Below are positions 38,856-53,239 of a DNA stretch of 64,000 bases, in pieces (the first letter of the stretch is position 1; every line of letters starts with the position of its first letter). The stretch is taken from positions 174,282,001-174,346,000 of the forward strand of contig NC_042998.1 in the NCBI RefSeq assembly GCF_006345805.1, written 5' to 3'. This stretch comes from Octopus sinensis (Eukaryota). Position numbers and translations under genes: made by a program. The notes under the pieces are model-generated. The model was not told the origin of the DNA, ran no database searches, and saw nothing but the letters and a program-made list of their open reading frames with translations.

Positions 38856-40614
38856 TGTGCAAGCACGGCACGTGCATGTATGTATTTTTATGTCTGTAAG
38901 CCTGTATTTAAATATGTGTGTGTGATTGTTGGTGTGTTCATTTCAATATATTTCCATAATCTCTCATTCATAGTATTCTGCTCAAATCCTTTCATGAAAA
39001 AAAGACGATTTTTTCCAAGCACATTCATATACAAAGTATCATATATTAAAAAAATTCAGGTTCCGTTGTTTCACTTCAAAAAACATGTGTCGTCTACTCT
39101 TAGAAATTTTTACTATATTTTATTATTTGCATAAAAATTGATTTTCTGAAGACATATGTATTTAAAAGATTTCTTTTATTAAAAATCGAGATAGGAAATG
39201 TTTTTCCAGCTAAAAGTAAATTTCCAATTTTGAATAAATTTTCAAAAGCATTTCTATTTTTTAATTTTCTCGTATAATTATTTGAATTACAATTGTAAAA
39301 ACAGAGTCACAATTTTATTTCCGTTTACTTTTTCAAGCTGAGTTTCTTAGATATATTAACGCTTTTGTCATGAGTAGTGAATGTCAAATACATAATTCAA
39401 CTTCTATCTACATCACTTTCAATTCTGGATTCACGCGGTTCAACTATTGCAGTTATTCTTCTCGGAACTTTAATATTAACGTCAGTCAAGTACTAGTATT
39501 ATTTAAACAGACTTTATCATCAACGAAAATGTGTTACTTTTTTCTTAAGTGAAATTTCGTTTTATTTTTATGTTTTATTTTTGAACAATAAACATTACAT
39601 ACTACTTCAGTGTCTATTAAAACGAGATTGCCACGCAGCTCCTACCACTAATCAATAAAATAAATACCCGGTTCAAATAAACAGAATCCTGCAACAAGAA
39701 GTTACATCATTATATGCCATCACATCTTGTTTAAAACAAAACAGCAGTCAAGTCTCCCTTAAACAGTATTCTGTTTACACTTAAACATGAACTACACATT
39801 GGATTAAGTAGACCTGAATATATATTAGGCAAGAAGAAAAGATGGAATAGTTACGGTTTCATGGTTAGAAGGCCTATAACCATAGATTAGCTAGATTAGG
39901 GCCATATCGGGACTTATAAACAGATACTCACAATTGAATCTCACCCTCACGTTGCAAATAAGATCATGTGTGTGAGTGTGTGTGTGTGTGTGTGTGTCTG
40001 CATGTATGTATGTGCATATTAATTTTGTTTTTATGTTCAATTATAATAAAGCCAATTTTACATTTATCTTATGGCTTTCTCTATACTTTTGTAGGGTACA
40101 CATTTGTGATTTTTAAACAGTACTTTCGACGTTTCGGCGAGTTAAGCCGTCGTTGAACCGCAATGCTTTAAATGGGTGCATGGGTTTGAGTGGAGTAGCA
40201 ATTTGGTTCTGGGGTGGGGTGCTATGGATCAAATTCTGAGCCGAAATTCTGAACTAAAAAAGATTTAAAATATTAAAACACTTCAAACCAATAAATTCTC
40301 TAACGGCTAAACATGTTAGTATCACAGCAACTCCCCTCTCTCCACCCACGACATAAAGTATTTCCGTAATATACATGAAAAACACATTTACAGCTTTACA
40401 CTAAGCAAGTACTCTAGAAATTATCTAAAAGTTTCCCTGTCTCCAACCAAAATCCCCATAAAAGACTTTCCAATTTAAGCACACAAACCTACATATACAC
40501 ACATAATTATATATATTTATATTTGTATGCAACTGAGTTGAAAAACCCTTTAATTAAATTTTATTTTTATTCTCATTTTCATTCATGAGTATATATATAC
40601 ATCCTTTATAATGA

Positions 40615-41728
40615 CACAGTGTTGAAGGTTGTTAGTTCAATAAATTGATCCCAGTACTTATGATTTTTCAAGTCTTCTAATTCTTCTATCGGTGCCTTTT
40701 GCCGAAATACCAAGTTGTGGGGATGTAGACAAACGAACACCAGTTTTCAAGCGGTGTGACAAACACAGAAACAAAGACTAACGCACACTCCCTCTCTCTC
40801 TCTTTCTTTCTATCTTTCTCTCTGTCTCCTCTCTCTCTCTTCTCTCTCTCTCTCTCACGCACACATACACACGACTGGTTCCACACATAGGTTTTAAGGT
40901 TAGTTGATATGGCGTGGTGTTTGGAGAAATTTTTGTCGATTAAGTTTGGGTATACGTTACTGTTTAGAATTTATTCATGTATGTAGAACTTTGTAAGTAA
41001 GTATGCAAATTTAGGTGTTTACCTTTTGTTAGGTAGGCACAGTATGTGTTGGTAGTTTTAACTATTTTTAGTTTTATTGGATTTAATGTTTTACTTTGAC
41101 AATGTGAAGACCAACATTACAAAGTTCAGTGTTCAAAACCTGAATAACTGGGTGTGTCAACTTTGTTTTGTAATGGAAATTTTTAGTGGTTCATAAAAGA
41201 AGTAGGTAGTGTTATAGCTGGTCAGTTCCATTACTAGTTGTTATTAGTCAGGCATTCCAGGTGTTGTGAGAATAGAAAATTGTTTATCTTGTTCACGAAA
41301 GGGTTAGGGTTAGGGTTATAAAAGTTGGTTTGTATGTTTCTTTGTAGGAGTTCATTGTTCTATAAGCAATTTGATTATCTATAAAGATTTCGACTCTTGT
41401 GCTTTATAGAGATAGAGTTTTGGTGGGTTATGTGTTTATAGATATTTCTTCATTTCTCTTTTAAACGTCAGTATTTTACAATATACTATTCTAGGCCTGT
41501 GCATGTATGCAAAGGATTAAATCCAATAAAACTAAAACTAATTAAAACTACTAACACATGCTGTGCCTACGTAATAAAAGGTAAACACCTGAATATGCAC
41601 GCTTACTTACAAATGTCTACATACATGAATAAATTCTAAATAATAACGTATACCCAAATATAATCAACAAAATTTCCTCCAAAACACCACTCCATAACAA
41701 AGCACCTTAAACTTATGTGTGGAACCAG

Positions 41729-41761
<33 letters not shown>

Positions 41762-41970
41762 CGTGTGCGTGCGTGCAAGAGAGAGAAAGAGTGTGTGTGC
41801 GTGTCTTTGTTTCTGTGTTTGTCACTCACACCGTTTGAAAACTGATGTTGGTTTGTCTACATCCCCATAATATAGCAGTTCAGCAAAAGGCACTGATATA
41901 AGAATTAGAAGACTTGAAACATCATAAGTACTGGGATAAATTTACTGGATTAACAGCCTTCAATGCTGTG
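40615..41970. repeat. Diverged inverted duplication (arms about 40615-41087 and 41516-41970)
   Basis: Arms align as reverse complements across a SINE-D 3' part, a microsatellite and a PLE-like 3' end (for example GGGTATACGTTA / TAACGTATACCC and GAATTTATTCATGTATGTAGA / TCTACATACATGAATAAATTC). Confidence 0.9.
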
Positions 41971-41994
41971 TTCTAGCAAGGCCACAGTCCAATG

Positions 41995-42275
41995 ACCGGC
42001 GAGCTGGGGGTTGAAATAATCGACTTAATCCGTTTGTCTGTCCTTGTTTGTCCCCTCTGTGTGTAGCCCCTCGTGGGTAGTAAAGAAATAGGTATTTCGT
42101 CTGCCGTTACGTTCTGAGTTCAAATTCCGCCGATGTTGACTTTGCCTTTCATCCTTTCGGGGTCGATAAATTAAGTACCAGTAACGCATCGAGGTCGATG
42201 TAATCGACTTAATCCATTTGTCTGTCCTTATTTGTCCCCTCTATGTTTAGCCCCTTGTGAGCAATAAAGAAATAC
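41995..42275 (+). mobile_element. Tandem partial SINE copies (family C with GCCCCTTGTG...AAAGAAATA tail)
   Basis: Two successive AATCGACTTAATCC.TTTGTCTGTCCTT..TTGTCCCCTCT..GT.TAGCCCC tails. Confidence 0.8.
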
Positions 42276-42989
42276 GAAACAAGTACAAGATAAATAATTT
42301 CAATAAACTGTAAATACACCACAAGTCGTGAAAGAGGACAATACCCAGTGTTTACTTCTGCTACTGATTTTAGCTATTTTTCAAACAACCCACTGTAGAA
42401 TTTTCGAAATGCCAGTTTTGAGAAAGTGTCGTTTTATATCCATTAATGACTGACAATTTCCAAATAAAATAAAGTAAAGTCCTGTGTTATCATCAATAAT
42501 ATTTGACGTGTTTTTCCGAAAACAATGCTTTATTGTCTGTCATGTCGAAGATAACATACCCATAGCTACCCACCACTGAAATAAATAATTGTCAATTATT
42601 TGGTGATTAATTAACAATTAATTAGTTAGAAATTATGCATCCTAACAGGACATAACAACAGACAGGTAAACTGAACCAATAGGATTTAGTGTCCTGACAA
42701 AAGTAGAGCACAATTCTGAAAGAATAATCGATCCTTTGGTCGACAGGTTGCTTTGACTAGGTGTTACAACAATTGTACAAGCAGTCTGTAGAACTATTGT
42801 TGCCTTTATTTACGCCATTCTTTGCAGATTAAGGCTTTACGGCAAAATTTTATTCTTTTACACTTTTACTTGTTTAGCCTTTTCAGTTGTGAATATGATA
42901 GGCTTCTCTATGTAAAAGAAGGACAAAGCTCGAACCATGTACCTTCCTTTGTCAAATGCCTCTATTTACTGCTACATATTCTAGTAGTT

Positions 42990-43327
42990 TGTGAAGGCGC
43001 ATTGCTCAGTGGTTAGAGTGTCGAGCTTACGATCGTGAGGTTGTGAGTTCGATTCTCGGACCGGGCTGCGTGTTGTGTTGTTGAACAAGACACTTTATTT
43101 CGCGTTGCTCCAGTTAACTCAGCTGTAGAAATGAGTTACGACATCACTGGTACCAAGCTGTATCGGCCTTTGCCTTTCCCTTGGATAACATCAGTGGTAT
43201 GGAGAGGCTGGTATGCATGGGCAACTGCTGGTCTTCCATAACCAGCCTTGCCCGGACTTGTGCTTGGGAAGGTGACTTTCTAGGTGCAATCCCATGGTTA
43301 TTCATGACCGAAGAGGGTCTCCTCCTC
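42990..43327 (+). mobile_element. tRNA-derived SINE (family B)
   Basis: GCTCAGTGGTTAGAG...GAGTTCGATTC head. Homologue of 14466-14803. TSD ATTCT(A/G)GTAGT at 42978-42988 and 43328-43338. Confidence 0.9.
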
Positions 43328-44377
43328 ATTCTGGTAGTCTAATATACATACTGTCTACCAGTAATGTCAGAATATTATAACATCACATTTTTACATTAAA
43401 TGTTTTTCCATGTATATTCTAGTCCTACTTTTAATGTAAGTTCTCAATCTGTATACCATTTCCATTCCATGTCTGCTCTTGCTACATTCTGATTCAAATG
43501 AAAATAGTATCTTATAGATAATTTTGGACAGCAAATAACAGTGGAAGTAGTTTCTTCTACACATATGGCTCTGAGCATTTCGAATAAATGATAGTGCTTC
43601 CTTGTTTATTTAAGTGTTTCGTTTTCTAAGAATTTCTGTTTATATTTATGCATAAAAATATATCTCATTATGCCAAATAAAGTCCAAATAGAATATTTCG
43701 AAAAGTCATTACAGGTTTCACTGTTTTAAAAAGAATATGTATGAGTTAACTCAGTCTGAACTGTTTTATTGAATCTGCTGCATATTAATGCGCTGTAGAG
43801 TCTCATATACCAATTGGTATATATAATATACCAAGAAGAAGCCATAATGAAAGTAGGCGACATAAATATCTTTACATAAGTATTTGACTATTTCTTGGTT
43901 TTCTAGAGAACAACATCGAATCTTTTGCACTTAACTAAGCAAATTATTATTGCAGTGCTGCACAAGTATGCTTATTTTTAAAACGTTTCGCGTATTAAGC
44001 GTATACGCTTCCCTTTTTCCCTGATAAACATAGTATCAATGAATATTGGCTTTGCTGCAATTTCAAGAATCGCTAATCATTTGGTTTATAGTGTTATCGC
44101 TACAATCTGTTATTCATGTCTGTCAGCGCACTGACTTTAATATGTCTTACGTAGTAACGTATTACCTATTGTCTGACACTAGATGTTAAAGCAACAATAA
44201 TTCTACATCTTATATATGAAAGAACTTTACCTTATATATGTCTCATACATACATCTCATATATGAAGAAATTCAACTATTTTATTTCAATTAGTCTCTGA
44301 TATCCTTAGGAAAGACATGAACGTCAGAAAATTCCGGTATTCTTATTGTAATCTGTGTTTATCTTCAGACTTGATTA

Positions 44378-45692
44378 AGTAGATATAAAAAGTTCATAGG
44401 CTGATTATGAAGAACTGACGCTAGAGCTGTGAAATCTTGCACGCATTACTTTCAACACTTCTTATTAATAACTGGATTATTTCTTTCCAAGTAAGCTAAC
44501 ATCTGATTGTTCAAAGAAGACTTTAAAAATAACTATTAGCGACTTCTCTTGAAAATCGACAAAATTTGGCATCATAGTATTATCAAATAGCTGCAGAAAA
44601 AATGGATTAGTCCCCAAGGGTACTCATGCTAACATGGTTGCTACATTTGGGGATGACACTCCAGCTTTATCAACAGTTCAAAAGTGAGAAGTGAGAAGGG
44701 AATTCAGGTGGGGAAGGGACATTCTTAAATAGGACACAAGGTTTGATCGCCCTGCAGCTGCCACTACCAAGCAAAACATTGATTGTGTTCACCCTATGGT
44801 GACGGTCGACAGGCGATTAACAATAAATCAAACAGCCAATGCTATTAGCATATCCCATGAAAGAGATGAAAATATTCTGCTCAATGAACTTGGCTTCACG
44901 AAGATTTCTGCTCGGTGAGTGCCACGTCTTCTGCCACCTGCTCAAAAACGCAACCAAGTTGATCATATCATGGGAAAATTTGACATTACTTCATGCAGAT
45001 CCAGTTGGTTATTTGAACGTTTCCTAATCCAGGATGAGTGTCGGTTTCGCCAATTTGAGCCAGAGACAAAGAGACAATCCATGCAGTGGAAACACCCCTC
45101 CTCGCCTGCTCCCAAAGAAGCCTCAGGTAATTTCATCAGTAGGGAAGGAGATGACCTCAGTTTTGGAAGATACAAAAGGCATTGTGCTTATTGACTTTAT
45201 TCAAAAGGCCACACCATCAATAGAGAGTATTATACCAACTTGCTGAGGCAGATACGAAAATCTGTCAGGAGCAAATGCCCAGGAAATATGACGAAATGAA
45301 TTTTGTTTCATCAGGCCAATGCTCCAGCACACTCGTCCTTAATTTCATTGACTGCCGAGCGTAACGGTGGCTTTGAACTGGTTGATTACCGTTTCTATTC
45401 TCCTGATTCGGCCTCATTTGACTATCATCTGTTCCCCAACATGAAAAAACATTTGCCTGGGAATCTGTATCGCAGTGATGACAACGTCATATCTGCTGCT
45501 TGATGACAACTTCATATTTGACTTTCTTGACCAACAGGATGAAAGCTTCTTCACTAATGGAATCTAAGCACTGCAATACTGATGGAAGAAATATGTGAAC
45601 CGCACGGGGTACTATTATGAAAAATAAACCTCATTTGGTTACATTCCATGACAGTATCTTAGTCAGCTTATAAACCTTTCAGCCGACCTACG
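44378..45692 (+). mobile_element. Full-length (~1.3 kb) degenerate mariner element
   Basis: Imperfect TIRs (AAAAGTTCATAGGCTGA / TCAGCTTATAAACCTTT) with TA flanks. Motifs VPRLL, QDEC..FEPETKRQSMQW, HQANAPAH and YSPDSASFDYHLFPNMK are present but disrupted. Confidence 0.92.
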
Positions 45693-45829
45693 TATATGAT
45701 CATAGACGTTTCAGCTCTGGCTGTCTCATCTTTTAATCGTGACTACACTATCCAACTAAATGTCTTTTTATGTTACTATTTTTAGCATGCCAAATTTCTG
45801 GTAGATGCCTCATCATTTTCTTTCCAGTA

Positions 45830-47430
45830 ACTTTGTTATTTGACAGAATATATCCGATTCCACACTTCTAGATTGCAGTGAACCCTAATATTATTGGTTC
45901 TCAAAATAAATGTTTAAGCAGCATTACGGATTGGTAAGGTCAATAGTCATTGTCAAATCACAACAACTTCGTTTTTGCTATCTATTGGATAACAACATTT
46001 ATCCCAACATCTTTCGTGTCTAGATTCCTGTGTAAAATCAGTAGCCAAAGATTATTGTCTCTTAGTTCAACAAATATTGTTAAAACACAGCTTTATATTG
46101 CCTATAAAAAATATAGTTAACCTCATTTTTCCACTGTACATCTGTATTAGTCTTTAAAACTAAATAAGACAAATCTCTTTAATAACGCATAAACAGAAAC
46201 TGTGGTTAATGTCTCTAGATGCCGTTTTATCAACTGACGAATAACCTTGTAACTTCATTACTAATCTGTCCTGGCAGCTTTTATAGCGGGCGCGAGATTT
46301 TGAAAGAACCTCTCGACGACTTAATTTCATCTGAGATATTCAAAGAAGTCGATATAGATATTTGGCGAAATTCACGAGCCATGTTTTTCAAATTCGACTC
46401 TCTCTCCATCCCTTATTCTAAAACTGTGAAAATATCACAAAAGAAGCGTATTAATCAGTGATTTGAACTACCCTTCCTCTTCTCCACAAGCGTTCTTGGA
46501 TTCGATTCACATTTAACCTTATTCATTAAACCCACTAATTCCCATTGACATACAAACCTGAAATAATATTCCTCACTACATCACATAACACTATCTGTAT
46601 CTAATGTTTATCTATATCTAATGTTTTCTATCTATATTTAATGCTTACTGCCCAATTCCAACTTCTTTCTAAAAGGAGGTGTCTGCGCTTCAGTAAATAT
46701 TAGCTTTCCTCAGTTACCTCACCTTCCTCACCTAGATACCAGCAAAAAAAATTCCAGTTAATCAAATTCAAAGTCTCTAAGTGTACTCCTCTAAGTTACT
46801 CTGTTCTTCTACAGATCTCTAAACTTATCTAATCATCACTATCTGTTATGCGTGTATTTCCCTTTCTGCATTTGGAACATCTAGAGTACCTGACTTATTT
46901 TCTGAAGGTACTCTCTAAAACGATGTTCACAACTTCTCTTAAACGTTGCATTCGTCTTTCACTGACAATACTGACTGCAAAGGTATGGCAGCTTACTTTT
47001 CTAACCTGTCTACACTTGATAGAATGTTGGCCTTTTCGACTCACCAAATTATCGAACATACTTTAACTTTTTCTTATCTCCAAGCCCAGCCATGACCGAG
47101 TCTGGTCCCTTAAGATTTTCTGACTATTCAATCAGTGTGCAACGCTTCATATATTTCTGTTGCATACCACCCATTCCCCACCTATACTTTGTCTCTGCAG
47201 TTAGCCGACTTAAAGTCGATTATCTGGTTAGAACTCTACCAAATTTGTGCCGACTACGCTGACCACAATTGTAATCTCCTTCTTATTTGTTCCCGGCTTT
47301 TACCAACCCCGTCTATCTAGCTTCATTACTTTGCACTAGTTATACGGTTCACATAAACAAAACGCCTAAAATCGTTAACGTGTAGCAGTGAAGGCAAATT
47401 AAAAGGAAGAATATTGCTGAAGAACATCTG
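45830..47430 (-). mobile_element. Possible very old LINE remnant (CR1/L2-like)
   Basis: Strand-biased composition and only faint RT or Cys-rich remnants. No clear motif. Confidence 0.3.
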
Positions 47431-48199
47431 GAGAAAGTCACACACAATGGCGCTAGCCAGACAACCAACAGAAAATCAAATATAAAGGCAAGCGAAAAAT
47501 ATAAGTTCAATTATTTTCAGTAACCGGATTTCAGCCATGTATTAAATTCCGAAGTAAGAAAGTCTCTTCTACCACTTCAGATGCTTACTATCTATTATTT
47601 AACAACCCAAATATCACTGCGAGTAGCGTTTCTACTTTAAAGATTACATCAATTACTGGCCGTATTACTTCCAATCCGATTTTGCAGATAACCAACCAAA
47701 CATTTTCAAAATTTTTCTTCTTCACTCAAGTCATCATCTGAAGAATCTTCCTCGATTATTCCATCCCAACAATGCTGCCGAATACAAGCGCCAGCTACTT
47801 GCAAATGAACACTGTGCATCCGGCCTCCACTGCTATGGTGAGCACATATATCAGTGATATACCCTAATCAGTTGCCGGAGGAAAAAAAAGAAAGAGGGAA
47901 AGTGAAAAAAAGATAACAGAGTAGTTAAGGTTCTTGTAACTAAATTGACAGTAGCTTAACAACGTGTCGAAATGTTATGGAGGGTAGAGGTATAGAAAAA
48001 GAAAAAGAAAGAAAAAGAAAGGAAGGAAAACGAAAGAGAAAAAGAAATGGTGATGATCGATTGTCTTTTCTGGGTATACTTTTAAAATTATCGTTAAAAG
48101 ATTCGGTAGGCAAAAGGCCAGAGATAAAATTCAGTGTAGTTGAGGGAGGAATGCATTTAAAAGAATCGAAGAGTTAGATAGTTCCTAGATAGTCGAAGG

Positions 48200-49330
48200 G
48201 TTTTTTTTGGGGTGGGGGAGGGAGGATCTCTTTTGGGGAAATAAAACGAGTTAGAATAAAAGTTAAGCGAGGTGATATAGGATAGATGTAGGTCAATTTG
48301 AGCGAACTTTGTAAATTCAAGTACCAATTTTTGCTATCCGTATGGAATTTTTGGGTTGCTCATCCTATACTTGGAAGCGTGTCTGCAGCAATTCAAGAAT
48401 CCTGATCTCTGGTTTAAGGCGTTTTTCACCAAGAAGAGTCTGGAGAATTTCTCACTCAGGTATAAATTACACCTCATTGAACCTCTGTGCACTCCGTGTC
48501 TGTATGGGGCTGCTTTTTCTAGAAAAGACCAGTAAATTTTGAAAGAAGATTCTCCTTCATTTAACTGCCATATATATATATATATATATGGCCAGGCCCA
48601 TTACAGTTCCATTCTGAAGATATTTTAAAGAATTTCTGTGGGAATAATCTGATTTTGAAAGAATTTTAAGTAGCACCTGTGTATGTCTTATATGCACCTG
48701 TATTGTTCATTTGGACTTTGGTCATATAGACAATTACTTTCACCAGACAATTTCCTTCTCAGGGATAGCAACTTTGGTCTTTGACGTTGCATCTAGTTTC
48801 GTTATTTATTTCGGCACCGTTGACTTTACTAATGGCCTTTGCGTTATGTTGGTTGATTAAAGAGGCGAAGTTCTTATAACAGTAGCTGATCTTCTGTAGT
48901 ATTTGTGATTTACGTGGAAACTTGAAAGCATTTGGAAACTAGTCTTAAGAATTCTTTACTTTTATTAGTTCTTTTTAAACAACAAGACTTCCCTGGTTCT
49001 AGTCCTGCGTGGTCTATTAAGGGTATTTTGTCCCCACATACCAAGCCTGTTTTACAACTGTCGGCGATCAATGACCACCTATTGTTTGTGCTAAAAAGAC
49101 TCAATAAAATTTTACTCTGCTGGCCTCTTGCTCTCACGAGCTTACTATTGAGTCACACGATCTATTTAACGCTTGGGTAGGACGTCTGATTCATGTGATA
49201 TCGGGGTATATCCACTTGCAGTGTTGGGCCCGTGTGACACATGTCTAGGGAACAGTTCTCTTTTCATGTTGCATACCTTAACCATATGATTATCGTTTGT
49301 TATTTGACCTATAACTGGAGTTCTTTTCAG
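48200..49330 (-). mobile_element. Degenerate Penelope-like element (RT C-terminus plus GIY-YIG)
   Basis: Minus-strand remnants EFLRLVSKCF, KISYCYKNFASLINQHN and C.P.EGNCLVKVIVY..KV......YTGAT (GIY-YIG-like). Confidence 0.7.
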
Positions 49331-49614
49331 GTACCACCACACCGGGCTAGAGTAATCTTGGGAAAGTGGTGACCAAGGGATAAATCCCTAGCTCCTAAAA
49401 ATCTTAACTTTCCGAGATGTAGCTTAATATCTAGCCCAAGACATCAATAATAATGGTTTGAAATTTTGGCACAAGGCAAGCAATTTCGGGGGAGGGACTA
49501 AGTCGATGAGATCGACCCCAGTGCTCAGTTTATCGACCCTGAATGGATGAAGGGAAAAGTCAGCTCGATGAAATTTGAACTCAGAACATGACGACGGATA
49601 AAATTCTGCTAAGT

Positions 49615-50020
49615 GATCTCATATCAAGATAAACAACGCATGACCTTGCAGGTGGGGCCTAGTTAGAATTTTCTCCAGGTCGAGTAGCCCATCCCGCTCA
49701 AAACGCCCCTGAATAAGGATCGTTTATGGATGTGGAACGAACCACCCATGTTTCCAAAGGTGAATTATCCAAACCTCCAAGAATTCTTCTCAACACACGG
49801 CTATGATGCTCTCTCACAACTTCTGCACGTGATCAGAGATGCACATATCGTCGGCCCAACTGGTTAAGGTCAGACAAGTGACAAACCAATCTGTGGTATT
49901 GAGCAGAATATTTGGTGTAGCCCATCTTTTATACCAAGACAAAACAATGTACATGATAACACTTCCAATCAGTTATGATCAGAAGCCATGAGAGCCACTG
50001 TCTGATACGTCATCAGGGCA
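49615..50020 (-). mobile_element. Copy of the 37133-37520 repeat family
   Basis: Reverse-complement homology. Abuts (ATT)n at 50021. Confidence 0.8.
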
Positions 50021-50049
50021 TTATTATTATTATTATTATTATTATTAGT

Positions 50050-50329
50050 GTTAACTCGAATGTGGAATCTAAAAACAGAAACAATTCCTATCATAGTAGG
50101 CGCATTAGGTATGATAAAAAATATTCAGACAAATACATATCAACAACACCAGGACTTACAAATATATATAACATACAGAAAATTGCACTACTGGGCACTG
50201 CACACATCCTACGCAAAACAATTTCAATACAGTAACCATCAGAGCATCACAACAAATCACAGCACATACCCAAGGCACACAGAGCTGCGCTCGGTAGTGA
50301 AGTGAAAGCACGCTATAAAAATAAAACTA

Positions 50330-50335
<6 letters not shown>
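50050..50335 (+). mobile_element. R4/Dong-like LINE 3' end
   Basis: RMWNLKTETIPIIVGALG and IQKIALLGTAHILRK (restriction-like endonuclease C-terminus). Flanked by (ATT)n and (AAT)n. Confidence 0.88.
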
Positions 50336-50412
<77 letters not shown>

Positions 50413-52199
50413 TAATAATAATTACAAGACCTCAAATTTAATATTGTTAATTTAACTGGTAACAGTGCCTTACTGGTACATTATTTTATCAACGTTCGTA
50501 GAATTTGAACTCAGAACATAAAGGGGAGTAACTAAATACCTCAATGCTTTTTGTTCGAAGCTGTAACAAACATGCTTCTGCCCTGAGGTCATTTGAAAAA
50601 AATAATAATTGGAAACTATAAATATGAACGGTCAGTGAGAAATGTTATTCATTGAACCTGGTTCAATGGAAGCAAGAATCCTGAAATAAATATCCATTGC
50701 ATTATATCGAACTACAACAACTTGGTTTATCCTTTAAGAATACACTTCAACATTTTCTGTATTCAAACTATGAACAACACAAGAAAATGTTATCTATTGG
50801 AATGCTGTAGGGATCAGAAAAAATTGAAACATTTGAACGCAAATCTTGATATGTGTATGCGTGTATGTGATGTGGGTGGTATGTACATGTATACATATAT
50901 GACAGCATGGAAGAATGTGTTTATGTATCTATGGATGTGTGTATGTATGTATGCATGTATATATATATATATATATTTCGTTTGTGAAGATTATGGTACA
51001 AAAGTATAAAAAGCGCTTAATATACATCTGTGTTAAATGTGTTTGGAAACCTGAAAAATATTTGTAAAGAACTTTCCCGTTATCACACAACATTAAAAAC
51101 ACAAACTCACAAATATAAATATATATACTACATATATATATTCATACATACAAGCACAATACATATATACATACATACACACATACATACATACATACAT
51201 TCATACAATATTTATAAACATGTGTGTACGTTAGTTACATGATATATCTCGTTTGCGATAATGGCTAGAATATTCATAGTCAGTAAATATCAATGATCAA
51301 ATGACTAACAGAAGTAGTTCGTAAAATATCAGTAAAAAAATACACTTGTTTCTAGCGTTGTGTTAAGCATTCAAAAGTCTGAGGAGTATAATTTGTAAGG
51401 TATATTTCGAGTTATGACTTCATTCCCTCGGGTAGATATAAGAGAAGTTGCCTAACTTTAAAATAACGCAGTTATAGAACTTAAACTTTGCAACAAAAGA
51501 CAACAAAAACTGGCAAATGAGCATTCGTACAGAAAGCTATATAAGGTAACAGAGTATATTATTATAAAGTGTTGTGAGATCAGGAGTGTTTATTAGCGGG
51601 ATGGTGGAAAGAAACGTGCGTAAAAGTTTAAGAAGTTCTCAGCTACAAGTGCTTGAGTTTGATGCATCTGCATGGCATTTTCGATACGTGTCTCTTGCTC
51701 GAATGGTTTGATTCAAGTCAACCTAAGTCTTGCGAGTGAAATTAGGTAGATAGACTGCATGGAAGCCTGTTAGATTGTATCTCTAAATTAAAGGTTTAGC
51801 TTTGTCACACAGTGCATCCAACTGATCCTGCTTGAGTATGACAACGGTACAGATGTTTGTTAAATGCTCAACTACTTACGTGCTAATTGAATAAGCATGA
51901 AGTTCAGTTAATCGAACAACAGAATCCTCAAACACGAAAGTAAGTCAAGATGTAAATGCAAATAGAGAATGCAGTTGTTCCTAGTAAGTTGTTATGTATT
52001 GATTCAGTGAGTTAGGTGATCGTATGATCTTTCAATGTTGCAAAAAATACTTGACGAAATAGCGATTATTTAATGAGGATTTCTAACCTGACATTTATGT
52101 GAATTATGAAGAGCTTTGAATATTAGTTTCTTTTCGGCTATTCATAACACACAAACTTTTGTTACATTTCTGTACAGTTTGCATCTCTCGAGGATCTTC

Positions 52200-53060
52200 A
52201 ATTTGGGGTTGAAATTAGTAGTATGTTCTTTCAGACTCCAGACATAATTCGATAGTTTGTTTTATTCTGTTTTCCTTTCAGATGGAAGAAATATAGTTGA
52301 AGTACCGTTCTTTAAATATACCTTTCACCATAACTACGTGACTTCTGCTTCATATATAACCGCTTCAGTGTTGCAAAGTTGTTTAAGTGGATATGTGTTT
52401 GTATTTCTGACTGTACAAATGACTTCAGGTAATTTAATTGGTTTTATGAGTTATCGAGATTTTCTTATTGTTAGTAAAAATAGAACTCAGTTTAATATTA
52501 TTTCGACTAAATAATTTTCAGCAATAGGCAGGAAAAATGCTTCTTTATTATAGCTAGGTGTTTCATTTATCCGTTAAAGAAAAAGAAAATGTGAGCCTTT
52601 TAAAACAGTCATGTATCTTATTACTAATGGATAGTGATGGTTTTATGAGTATATCTTAATTCATTCGTTTCTAGATTTCATTGTCTGAGGGGGATCGCAT
52701 AATGAGCTATCTTTTTATTCTATGAAAGTTTATGGATTTTTCTGCTTATATTGCTTTTCACTTTTTTTGAAAAATCTATTTACGATATTTATGCTAAAGG
52801 TGATAATTACTTTTAGGCCGCAATTTTTGAAGTTCTTTACTAAATGTATTTGAAATGTGTCAGTTGGTGTGATGAGGTATAACTAATGAGCCAATAAGTA
52901 TTAAGGTATATCAATGATGTAAATTTAGGTTACACAGATCAACAAGGTTACATATCACTTCCTGTTAAATGACCCCAATTAACTACTGGAGTGTGATATT
53001 TCAACTGGGGTTGAATTTTCATTAGAGTACTGAATTCCCTCGCGTGTATAATAATGAGTA
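52200..53060 (-). mobile_element. Possible very degenerate Penelope-like element
   Basis: Faint remnants resembling the PLE GIY-YIG region. Weak. Confidence 0.3.
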
Positions 53061-53239
53061 TATCATTAACTTCAATTTTGTTATATATCCTAATGAACTC
53101 TATAAGGTTGCTGACTAAAGAATATCTAATTGGCTAATCTAGAATTCGTTACATATTTTATTGTGCCTAGGGAGGTTACTTCTCTTCTAGTGCCTTATTA
53201 TTTAACACACTCACGGTTCAATTTCCACTCTCTCTCTCT

